A stretch of DNA of 64,000 nucleotides, from contig NC_086118.1 of the NCBI RefSeq assembly GCF_963921235.1, positions 41,292,001 through 41,356,000 on the forward strand, in the 5' to 3' direction. Below, piece by piece: positions 27,601 through 39,600 of this stretch. The DNA is from Mobula hypostoma (lineage: Eukaryota). The translations under genes and the position numbers were made by a program. The notes beneath the pieces were generated by a model. The model ran no database searches. It worked only from the letters and a program-made list of their open reading frames with translations, and was not told the origin of the DNA. Each line of letters begins with the position of its first letter. Within the stretch, counting starts at the first letter, position 1.

Positions 27601-30600
27601 CAAGAACACGGCATCCGTATTCAAGGACTCCCTTCATCCAGGTCATGCTCTCTTCTTGCTACAGCCATCGGGCAGGAGGTCCAGGAGCCTTAAATCCCAC
27701 ACCACCAGGTTCAGGAACAGTTATTAACCTACAACCATCAGGCTCCTGAACCAGTGTAGCTCGCCTCACTCACCTCAACTCTGAAATGATTCCACAACCT
27801 ACAGACTCACTTTCAAGGACTCGACATCTCAATATTATTTATTTACTTTTTTTAATTTGCACAGTTTGCCTTCTTTTGCACGTTGGTTGCTTGTCAGTCT
27901 GTGTTACTCATAGGTTTTCATATATTCTGTTGTATTTCTTTATTTTTCTGTGAATGACTGCAAGAAAACATGGTTGGTATATGGAGCCATATACATACTT
28001 TGATAGTAAATTTGCTTTGAACTTTGAACTTTACTCCTGCTCTTGTATTGTAATGTCTTTCAGTTTATTCACGTTTGTGTCATGACAGAACATTCTCAAT
28101 TCTTCTTCTTGTACCATGGAGTAAAATGCAGCTCTCTTTTAGGGAACTTGTGAGCCCTCATGTCAGTCATGGTTAATGAATTCATCCTCACCCTGCTCCG
28201 ACTTACAGAGGGACAGTGCAGATGACAGCCCCACTTCCCGTCTAGCCCTAGTTCTGGCAACTGGATCCTTCCCATATTTCCTGCATGTGCAAACAGATCC
28301 CAGCCCTTGCTCTCCCTCTGATTATTGGTGGTGGTGTTTAGCCAGTGAGTTTATCCATGACAATAAGTTGCTTGCTGTGCAGCATGAAAGTGGGCTTTCA
28401 GCACCATATCAACACCTTAACTATTCTATCTTTGTAGTTCAATGATTCCAATATGGATACATTTTATAACCATAGAGTGATTTACTTATTGAGATACAGT
28501 GCGGAATCGGCCCTTCCGGCCATTCGAGCCATGCTGCCCAGCAAACCCCTGATTTAATTGGAGCCGATAATTTACAATCACCAATTAACCTAACAACCGG
28601 CACATGTTTGGACTGTGGGAGGAAACCAGATCACCCGGAGGAAATCCATGCAATCGTGGGCAGAGCGTTCAAACTCCTTACAGGCAGTGGCAGGAATTGA
28701 ACCCGGGTCGCCAGTACTGTAAAGCGTTGAGCGAAGGACTACGCCACCGTGCCGCCCTTACAGAGCAGTACAGCAGAGAAACAAGTCCTTTTGTCCGTCT
28801 AGTCCATGCCAAACTGTTACTCTGCCTAGTCCCGTCAACCTGCACCTGGACTACAGCACCCCTCCCCATACCCCTCCCATCCATGTACTTGCTCAAACAC
28901 CTCTTAAATTTTGCAGTCGAACCCACATCCACCACTTCCGCTGGCAGCTCATTCCACACTCCCACCACCCTCCGAGTGAAGAAACTTCGCCTCAAATATT
29001 TCACCTTTCACCCTTAACTTCTGACCTCTAGTTCTAGTCTTACCTAACCTCAGTGGGAAAAGCTTGCTTGTATTTTCCCAGTCTATAATTTTGAATATCT
29101 CTGTCGACTCTCCCCTTGTTCTCCCGCGGTCCAGGGAATAAAGTCCTAACCTATTCTATTACTCAGGTCTTCAAGTCCTGGCAAAATCCTTGTAAATTTT
29201 CTCAGTACTCTTTCAGTCTTAGTGTTAATTCCATTGTTTAAATCTTTACCTATCTAAGGTAAACTGACATACATTAACGGTGCACATATTCTGAAATACA
29301 AGCGATTCTGCAGTTGCTGGAAATCCAGAGTAACACACACAAAATGCTGGAGGAACTCAGCAGATAGGATGCCATCTATGGAAAGAAATAAGCGGTCTAC
29401 ATTTTGGACCAAGACCGTTCATCAGGACTGGAAAGGAAGGGGGAGGAAGCCAGAATAAGATGGTGGGAAAGGGGAAGGAGTACAAGCTGGCAGGTGATAG
29501 GTGAAGCCAGGGGAGATGGGTGGGGATAAAGTGAGAAGCTGGGAGGTGATAGGTAGAGAAGGTAAAGGGCTAAGGAAGAAGGAATCTGATAGGAGAGTGG
29601 AAATGTTGTGGAGTCACAAAACCAATCAGAATGATCGCACTATACTGATCAAGCTAACATGGCACACATCTGTTTCTTTTGCTTTTCTTGTTATTCTGCT
29701 TTTAATTGCTCTGCTCTTCTTGGGTATAGTATTCCCAATTGCTGTATTGTCAGCATTCTTACCATATGGACTGGATGTAAGTACTGCATTGCATATCCTG
29801 CAGACCTCTTCCATTCTTATCCTCCAGATCAAGAACAAACATCTACTCACTGTACACTTAAGAGTTCCTTTAATTTCATTAAAAATAAATTAAATAGAGA
29901 ATATTAATCCTTATTTTCCTTTGTGTTCAGGAAATACTGTCACCTTCCCTCAGCACTGCAGTGACGGCATCATTTAAGTCCTATAGTGACATCTGTGATG
30001 CTCTGGATATCATTGAGATTGTCGTTGGATTCCTCGCGACCGCAGGAGGAGCCCATGATTACCAGCTTCTTACCTATCTCAAAGAAACCCTACGGATGGA
30101 TCGTCGAGTCTTAGCCTGTGTCAGCAAGGTCAGTGCTCAAGGTTACTGTTGCAGTTGCTATGCGGAAAACACTGAAGCTCCAAGACAGACACAATGTTTG
30201 CCTTTTTGTCTTTAAATTGTCAGAATCAGAATCAGGTTTAATATCACTGGCATTTGTTGTGAAATGTGTGAGCTTAGCGGCAGCGGTACAGTGCAATACA
30301 TAATATGGAAAAAATAATCAATTATATTTATTATATATATGTATATTAAATAATTACATTAAAATAGTGTAAAAACAGATATAATAAAAGTGAATTTAAA
30401 CGGACGCAGTATATCACCCCAGTCGACTGGGAGACCGCTTTGCTGAACACCTACGCTCTGTCCGCCAGAGAAAGCAGGATCTCCCAGTGGCCACACATTT
30501 TAATTCCACATCCCATTCCCATTCTGACATGTCTATCCACGGCCTCCTCTACTGTAAAGATGAAGCCACACTCAGGTTGGAGGAACAACACCTTATATTC

Positions 30601-33600
30601 TGTCTGGGTAGCCTCCAACCTGATGGCATGAACATTGACTTTTCTAACTTCCGCTAGGCCCCACCTCCCTCTCGTACCCCAGCTGTTACTCATTTTTATG
30701 CACACATTCTTTCTCTCACTCTCCTTTTTCTCCCTCTGTCCCTCTGAATATACCTCTTGCCCATCCTCTGGATCACCCCCCCCCCTGTCTTTCTCCCTAG
30801 GCCTCCTGTCCCATGATCCTCTCGTATCCCCTTTTGCCTATCACCTGTCCAGCTCTCGGCTCTATCCCTCCCCCTCCTGTCTTCTCCTATCATTTTGCAT
30901 CTCCCCCTCCCCCTCCAACTTTCAAATCCCTTACTCACTCTTCCTTCAGTTAGTCCTGACGAAGGGTCTCGGCCTGAAACGTCGACTGCGCCTCTTCCTA
31001 TAGATGCTGCTTGGCCTGCTGCGTTCACCAGCAACTTTGATGTATGTTGCTATAATAAAAGTGAGGTACTGTTCATGGGTTCTATGTCCATTTAGGAATC
31101 GGATGGCAGAGGAGAAGAAACTGTTCCTGAATCGTGTGCAGGAACAATTTCTTCCCCTTTGCCAGCTGATTACGACAGCATTGCCCTTCATGTGCAGAGG
31201 ACAAAAGCTGGCAGGGTTTGGCAGGCTGTGCACAGGCAAGATGTCCCCTCTGGTGGTGAGGCCTAGAAATTCGGTCTCAGCCTCAGGGCGCTGGGTAAGA
31301 AGCTGGTGAATCTGTGGAAGTATCTACCATCGAAGCCTGAGGAGGCCAAGCTGCTAGTTATGTTCAAGATGTCTGGACATTAAAAGCTTCAGTGGGGTAG
31401 GGTTTTGATGTTGAGTTTGAGGATCAACAGTGATCTTTTTGAATAGCAGAGCAAGCCTGCCCTTCCCCTATTTTCCTATTCTATGTTCCCAACGTTCCAT
31501 TGCTGTTTCATTGACTGAATTTCTTAACAGCTGATGCCTCTAACAAAGAGCAGATTGGATAACAACCAGAATTGTCCAGGGGAAGTACTTCGAGACCTCT
31601 TCCTCATTTCTCTGAGGGTTTTTCTTGGCACATAAGACCACATTAGTGTCCAGAACCATATCTATCAGACAATAATCCAGTATTGACTAATAAATATGAC
31701 TTTGGACGATAATGTGGTTTTAGCAACAGGAGTATTCGTGGGCAATGTTCCGTACATATTACAGATAAACAAATTTCTCATCTATATATTACATAATAAA
31801 CATTTATGCCTTTTAATTAATGAAATAAGCAGCCCCATAATAAACATTCATACTGTTTTCATGTACAGTACCTGCAAAAAGTATTCACCTCCCTTGGAAG
31901 TTTTCATGTTTTATTGTTTTACAACATTGAATCACAGTGGATTTAACTTGGCTTTTTTTGACACCGATTAACAGAAAAAGATTCTTTCGTGTCAAAGTGA
32001 AAACAGATCTCTACAAGGTCATCTAGATTAATTACAGATATAAAACACAAAATAATTGATTGCATAAGTATTCACCCCTTCCCATCTCCACTTTATAATA
32101 TGACACACTAGTGCAGCCAAGTCACATAACTAGCTAAATGGAGATCTGTTTTTGGAGATGTATGTTGTGTTAAGGTGTTTCAATTGACTGTAGTAAAAAT
32201 ACACCTGTATCTGGAAGGTCCAACTGCTGTTAAGTCAGTATCCTGGCAAAAACTGCACCATGAAGACAAAAGAACATTCCAAGCCACTCCATGAAACGGT
32301 TATTGAAAAGCACAGGTCAGAAGATGGAAACAAGAAAATTTCCAAGACACTGAATATCCCTTGGAGTACAGTTAAGTCAATGAAGAAATAGAAAGAATAT
32401 TGCACAGCTGGAAATCTGCCTAGAGCAGGCCATCCTCAAAAACTGAGTGACCGTGCAAGAAGGGAACTAGTGAGAGAGGCCACCAAGAGACCTATGACAA
32501 CTGAAGGAATTACAAGCTTTAGTGGCTGAGGTGGGTAGACGGTGCATACAATAACTGTTGCCCGGGTGCTTCACCAGTTGCTGCTTTACACGAGAGTGGT
32601 GAAGAGAAAGCCACTGCTGGAAAAAAACTCACATGAAATCTCGGCTAGAGTTTACCAGAAGGTATGTGGGAGACTCTGAAGTCAGCTGGAAGAAGGTTCT
32701 ATGGTCTGATCAAACCAAAATTGAGCTTTTTGTCCATCAGACTAAACACTATGTTCAGCATAAGCAGAGCACTACATATCATCATAAACACACCATCCCT
32801 ACTGTGAAGCGTGGTAGTGGCTGCATCATGCTGTGGGGATGCTTCACTACAGCAGGGCCTGGAAGGCTTGTGAAGGTAGCGGGTAAAATGAATGCAGCAA
32901 AATACAGGGAAAACCTGGAGAAAACCCTCATTCAGTCTGCAAGAGAACTGTGATTTGGAAGAAGATTAGTTTTCCAACAAGACAGTGACTCCAAGCAGAA
33001 AGCGAAAGCTACACAGGAATGGCTTAAAAACAACAAAGTTAATGTCCTGGAGTGGCTAAGTCAGAGTCCAGACCTCAATCCAATTGAGAATTTGTGGCTG
33101 GACTTGAAAAGGGCTGTTCACTCATGATCCCCATGCAATCTGACAGAGTTTGAGCAGTTTTGTAAAGACGAATGGGGAAAAATTAGTGTCCAGATGTGCA
33201 AAACTGATGGAGACAGACTCAAGTCTGTAATTGCTGCCAAAGGTGCATCTACTAAATACTGACTTGAATGGGGTGAATACTTAAGCAATCAATTATATTG
33301 TGTTTTATATTTGTGATTAATTTAAGTCACTTTGTAGAGATCTATTTTCACTTCGACACTAAAGAGTCTTTCTGTTGATCAGTGTTAAACAAAAGCCAAA
33401 TTAAATCCACAGTGATTCAATGTTGTAAAGCAATAAAACATGAAAACTTCCAAGGGGGGGTGTATCCATTTTATACGCGCTGTAACCAATTTATCAGCGA
33501 GCACACACAAAATGTTTAACAGCAGGGTTGCAATCTCAGGATTGCTACCCATGCCATGTGCTAGTAAGGATAGAAATTGGAAGATAATGCAGCTAAATAC

Positions 33601-36600
33601 TTGGCTAAGGAGATGGTGCAGGAGGGAGGTCTTCATGTTTCTGGACAATTGGACCTTGTTCCAGGGAAGGTGGGACCTGTTCCGACGGGACGGGTTGTAC
33701 CTGAACCGGAGGGGGACTAACATCCTTGTGGGAAGGTTTGCTAGTGCTGCTCCGGGGGGTTCAAACTAGATTTGCAGGGGGAGGGGAACCAGAGTGTTAG
33801 AGCAGATAGTGAGGTGGAGGAGGATAAAGGTCATGCGAGAACTGCAAGTACAGTGCATGGAGTAAAGCCAGATCTGACATATAAAGAGGCTTTGAGGAAA
33901 GAGAAGCAGAATAAAGGGTGTAAAGGTAGTAAGGTAGAAGGGCTAAAGTGCATGTACTTCAATGCATCAGGAACAAAGGTGATGAACTAAGAGCTTGGAT
34001 ACATACATGGAATTATGATGTGGTGGCCATTGCAGAGACTTGGCTGGCACCAGGGCAGGAATGGATTCTCAATATTCCTGGATTTCAGTGCTTTAAAAGG
34101 GATAGAGAGGGCAGAAAAGGGGGAGGAGGGGTGGCATTACTGGTCAGGGATACTATCACAGCTACGGTGAGTAATGTTGTAGGATCCTCTTTTGAGTCAA
34201 TATGGGTGGAAGTCAGGAACAGGAAGGGAGCAGTTACTCTATTGGGAGTATTCTGTAGGCCCCCTGGTAGCAGCAGAGATACCAAGGAGCAGATAGGGAG
34301 GCAGATTTTGGAAAGGTGTAAAAATAACAGGGTTGTTGTCATGGGTGACTTTAACTTCCCTAATATTGATTGGAACCTGATTAGTTCCAATGGTTTAGAT
34401 GGGGCAGAGTTTGTTAAGTGTGTCCAGGACGGATTCCTGTCACAGTATGTTGATAGGCCGACTAGGGGGAATGACATACTAGATCTAGTACTAGGTAATG
34501 AACCAGGTCAGGTCACAGATGTCTCAGTGGGTGAGCATCTGGGGGACAGTGACCACTGCTCCCTGGCATTTAGCATTATCATGGAAAAGGATAGAATCAG
34601 AGAGGACAGGAAAATTTTTAGTAGGGGAAGGGCAAATTATGAGGCTATAAGGCTAGAACTTGCGGGTGTGAATTGGGATGATGTTTTTGCAGGGAAATGT
34701 ACTATGGACATGTGGTCGATGTTTAGAGATCTCTTGCGGGATGTAAGGGATAAATTTATCCCGGTGAGGAAGATAAAGAATGGTAGGGTGAAGGAACCAT
34801 GGGTGACAAGTGAGGTGGAAAATCTAGTCAGGTGGAAGAAGACAGCATACATGAGGTTTAGGAAGCAAGGATCAGATGGGTCTATTGAGGAATATAGGGT
34901 AGCAAGAAAGGAGCTTAAGAAGGGGGCATGAGAAGGCCTTGGCGAGTAGGGTAAAGGAAAACCCCAAGGCATTCTTCAATTATGTGAAGAACAAAAGGAT
35001 GACAGGAGTGAAGGTAGGACTGATTAGAGATAAAGGTGGGAAGATGTGCCTGGAGACTGTGGAAGTGAGCGAGGTCCTCAATGAATACTTCTCTTCAGTA
35101 TTCACCAATGAGAGGGAACTTGATGATGGTGAGGACAAAATGAGTGAGGTTGATGTTCTGGAGCATGTTGATATTAAGGGAGAGGAGGTGTTGGAGTTGT
35201 TAAAATACATTAAGAAGGATAAGTCCCCGGGGCCTGACGGAATATTCCCCAGGCTGCTCCACAAGGCGAGGGAAGAGATTGCTGAACCTCTGGCTAGGAT
35301 CTTTATGTCCTCATTGTCCACGGGAATGGTACCGGAGGATTGGAGGGAGGCGAATGTTGTCCCCTTGTTCAAAAAAGGTAGTAGGGATAGTCTGGGTAAT
35401 TATAGACCAGTGAGCTTTACGTCTGTGGTGGGAAAGCTGCTGGAAAAGATTCTTAGAGATAGGATCTATAGGCATTTAGAGAATCATGGTCTGATCAGGG
35501 ACAGTCAGCATGGCTTTGTGAAGGGCAGATCGTGTCTAACAAGCCTGATAGAGTTCTTTGAGGAGGTGACCGGGCATATAGATGAGGGCAGTGCAGTGGA
35601 TGTGATCTAAATGGATTTTAGTAAGGCATTTGCAAGGTTCCACACGGTAGGCTTATTCGGAAAGTTAGAAGGCATGGGATCCAGGGAAGTTTGGCCAGGT
35701 GGATTCAGAATTGGCTTGCCTGCAGAAGGCAGAGGGTGGTGGTGGAGGGAGTACATTCAGATTGGAGGATTGTGACTAGTGGTGTCCCACAAGGATCTGT
35801 TCTGGGACCTCTACTTGTCGTGATTTTTATTAATGACCTGGATGTGGGGGTAGAAGGGTGGGTTGGCAAGTTTGCAGACAACACAAAGGTTGGTGGTGTT
35901 GTGGATAGTGTAGAGGATTGTTGAAGATTGCAGAGAGACATTGCTAAGATGCAGAAGTGGGCTGAGAAGTGGCAAATGGAGTTCAACCCAGAGAAGTGTG
36001 AGGTGGTACACTTTGGAAGGACAAACTCCAAGGCGGAGTACAAAGTAAGTGGCAGGATACTTGGTAGTGTGGAGGAGCAGAGGGATCTGGGCAACATGTC
36101 CACAGATCCCTGAAAGTTGCCTCAGAGGTAGATACGGTAGTTAAGAAAGCTAATGGGGTGTTAGCTTTCATAAGTCGAGGGATAGAGTTTAAGAGTCGCG
36201 AAGTAATGATGCAGCTCCATAAAACTCTGGTTAGGCCACACTTGGAGTACTCTGTCCAGTTCTGGTCGCCTCACTATAGGAAGGATGTGGAAGCATTGGA
36301 AAGGGTACAGAGGAGATTTACCAGGATGCTGCCTGGTTTAGAGAGTATGGATTATGATCAGAGATTAAGGGAGCTAGGGCTTTACTCTTTGGAGAGAAGG
36401 AGGATGAGAGGAGACATGATAGAGGTATACAAGGTATTAAGAGGAATAGATAGAGTGGATAGCCAACGCCTCTTCCCCAGGGCACCACTGCTCAATACAA
36501 GAGGACATGGCTTTAAGGTAAGGGGTGGGAAGTTCAAGGGGGATATTAGAGGAGGTTTTTTACTCAGAGAGTGGTTGGTGCATGGAATGCACTGCCTGAG

Positions 36601-39600
36601 TCAGTGGTGGAGGCAGATACACTAGTGAATTTTAAGAGACTACTCAACAGGTACTGTATATGGAGGAATTTAAGGTGGGGGGTTATATGGGAGGCAGGGT
36701 TTAAGGGTCGGCACAACATTGTGGGCTGAAGGGCCTGTACTGTGCTGTACTATTCTATGTTCTATATTCCAGCACGTGGATAGACTACAAGCAAGAGTAC
36801 AAAGTATGTATGAGCAACATACATCAAAGTTGCTGGTGAACGCAGCAGGCCAAGCAGCATCTATAGGAAGAGGCGCAGTCGACGTTTCAGGCCAAGACCC
36901 TTCGTCAGGACTAACTGAACTCTTCCTTCAGTTAGTCCTGACGAAGGGTCTCGGCCTGAAACGTCGACTGTGCCTCTTCCTATAGATGCTGCTTGGCCTG
37001 CTGCGTTCACCAGCAACTTTGATGTATGTTGCTTGAATTTCCAGCATCTGCAGAATTCTTGTTGTTTAAAGTATATATGATTCTGCAGCACGCTATGTGC
37101 AGTTAATCTATTATACTGCTAAACACAAACTTGGCTTCCATCAGAACAGTAGCTTTATTTACCATTTCATGTAAATTCCTGGAGCTTTTGTATAATTTGA
37201 GATGTTTTGTACCTTTCTGCCAGGCATTTGAAGCATGCAAACTGAAACATGCTGTTTCCCTTTGGCAACTTCTCTCATCTTGGAAGTCTGAGGTCATGCT
37301 GGGCACCAAAAAGGTAAGAATACCAACTCTGACAAATTTCTATAGATGTGTGGTAGAGAGTATACGTTACAACCTGGTATGGAAACACCAATGCCCTTGA
37401 ACAGAAAATCCTATAAAATGTAGTGGTTACGGCCCAGTCCATCACGGGTAAAGCTCTCCCCAGCACTGGGCACATCTGTGTGGAGCAGGAAAGCAGCATT
37501 TATCATCAGGGACCCCCCACCTCGCATGCCATGCTGTCTTCTCGCTGCTGCCATCAGGAAGAAGTTATAGTAGCCTCAGGACCCACACCACCAGGTTCAG
37601 AAACAGTTATTACCCCTCAACCTTAGGGCTCTGGAACCAGTGGGGATAACTTCACTCAATTTCATTTGCCCTATCACTGAACTGTTCCCACAACCTATGG
37701 ACTCACTTTCAAGGACACTTCATCTCATGTTCTCAATATTTATTGTTTATTAATTAATTACTATTATTTCCTTTTTCTTTAGTATTTGCAGAGTTTGTTG
37801 TCTTTTGCACATTGGTCGTCTGCTCTGTTGAATGCGGTCTTTCATTGATTACATTATGGTTCTTGGATTTATTGAGTATGCCCGCAAGTAAACATAACTC
37901 AGGGTTGAATATGGTATCATGTTTGTACTTTGATAATAAATTTACCCTGAATTTTGAACCTGAATTCATGTTATCAGCACTTTTATTAAATTCAAGCCAA
38001 GTAAATTACACAGATTAGAAAAAAGCAATGGCATGTGTATGGGGAAGGAACCTGCATATGATGGATTGTTGTAAGTTACATTAGAGGTGTTCTAAATTTA
38101 CTTGATCCATCTTTGAACATCTCTCTCCCCTTTGTCAATTACTCTGTCTCAATCTCTGGACATAGACTATTTGCTGACATCTTTTGCAAACCTCTTCCCA
38201 CCCTGTCACTTGTATAAGTGCTATTCCCTTCTCTCAATCCCTCTGACTCCACCATATCTGTTCTCAGGATGAGGCTTTCCAGTCTAGAACATCTGAGGTG
38301 TCCTCCTTTTTCAAGAGAATATTTTCCTTCCACAGCCATCAATGCTACCCTCCATCACACACGCATTTGCCCTCCCACCATCATAACAGGGATAGGGTTC
38401 TCCTTGTCCTTTCCTACCACCCCACAGATCCCTGTATCCAGAACTTCATTCTCCGTAACTTCCACCACCTAAGCGAGATCCTACCACAAAGCACACAGAA
38501 GTTGGTCAGGGTCTTCCCGAAACAGAAACCCTGGATCCATGCAAGCAGCACTTACAGCGCAACACCGAGCCTACGTCACTGGAGATCAACTAGAGCTCAA
38601 GAAGAGCAGCTATGATCTGCACAAAACTACGAAACAACAATATAGGGAGAATATTGAGTCAAGATCCACAACAAATAGCACACATGACTTGTGGTGAGGG
38701 CTGCATACCATCGCAGATTTCAAACCCAAAACATTATCGTGCCGCCAACATCATGTCCTCTCTCCCAGAGGAACTCAATTGCTTTTATGCTCAGTTCGAT
38801 GTCACTAACTCTGAGCCTCCGAGGAAATCCACCGCTACAACCTGCAACCTGGTCATCTCTGAGGCTGAGGTATGCAGATGTTTCCAACGAGTGGACAGTC
38901 GCAAGGCTGCGGGACCGGGTGGCATCCCAGGGCGAGTACTCAGGATGTGCACAGCACAACTGACAGGTGTGTTTACAGACATTTTAAATCTCTCCCTCTC
39001 CCAGTGTAGAGTGCCCTCCTGCTTCAAATTATCCACCATTGTCCCTGTACCAAAAAAGACCAGGGTAACATGTCTGAACGGCTGGCGTCCTGTTGCACTC
39101 ACCTCAATAATAAGCAAATACTTCGAGAGGCTGGTCAAGGATTACATCTGCTGCTTGCTACCGTCCAAACTGGACCCCGTACAATTCACCTAGTGACACA
39201 ACTGATCAACAGATGATGCAATGGCCACTGCTGTACATACCGTCCTTGCACATCTGAAGAAGAAGGATGGGCCCCCAAATCCTAAGAGCTTTCTACAGGA
39301 GCACAATTGAGAGCATCCTGACTGGCTGCGTCACTGCCTGGTATGGGAACTGTACCTCCCTTAATCGCAGGACTCTGCAGAGAGTGGTGTGGACAGCCCA
39401 GCACATCTGGAGTTGTGAACTTCCCATGATTCAGGACATTTACTAAGACAGGTGTGTAAAAAGGGCCTGTGGGATCATTGGGGACCCAAGCCATCCCAAC
39501 CACAATCTATTCCAGCTGCTACCATCCAGGAAACGGTACCGCAGCATAAAAGCCAGGACTAACAGGCTCCGGGACAGCTTCCTCCACCAGGCCATCAGAC

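Larger units (their letters stand above)
36813..37065. mobile_element. Near-perfect palindromic Penelope-like pLTR pair with two hammerhead cores
   Basis: Arms 36813-36919 and 36927-37033 (2 mismatches by hand), with a 7-nt spacer. Confidence 0.9.

Noticed and set aside
29501-29893. 130-aa ORF with a TM-like stretch, and a possible 23-nt micro-exon at 29754-29776
   Set aside because: The ORF starts in an antisense Penelope fragment, and its hydrophobicity follows from T-rich intron sequence. RNF213 exons k and l join in frame without any insert.
33948-36625. Long ORFs (327, 223 and 155 aa) as host genes; likewise 40667-41683, 41703-42947 and 60135-61058
   Set aside because: These are CR1 ORF2 endonuclease and RT fragments, truncated or frameshifted.
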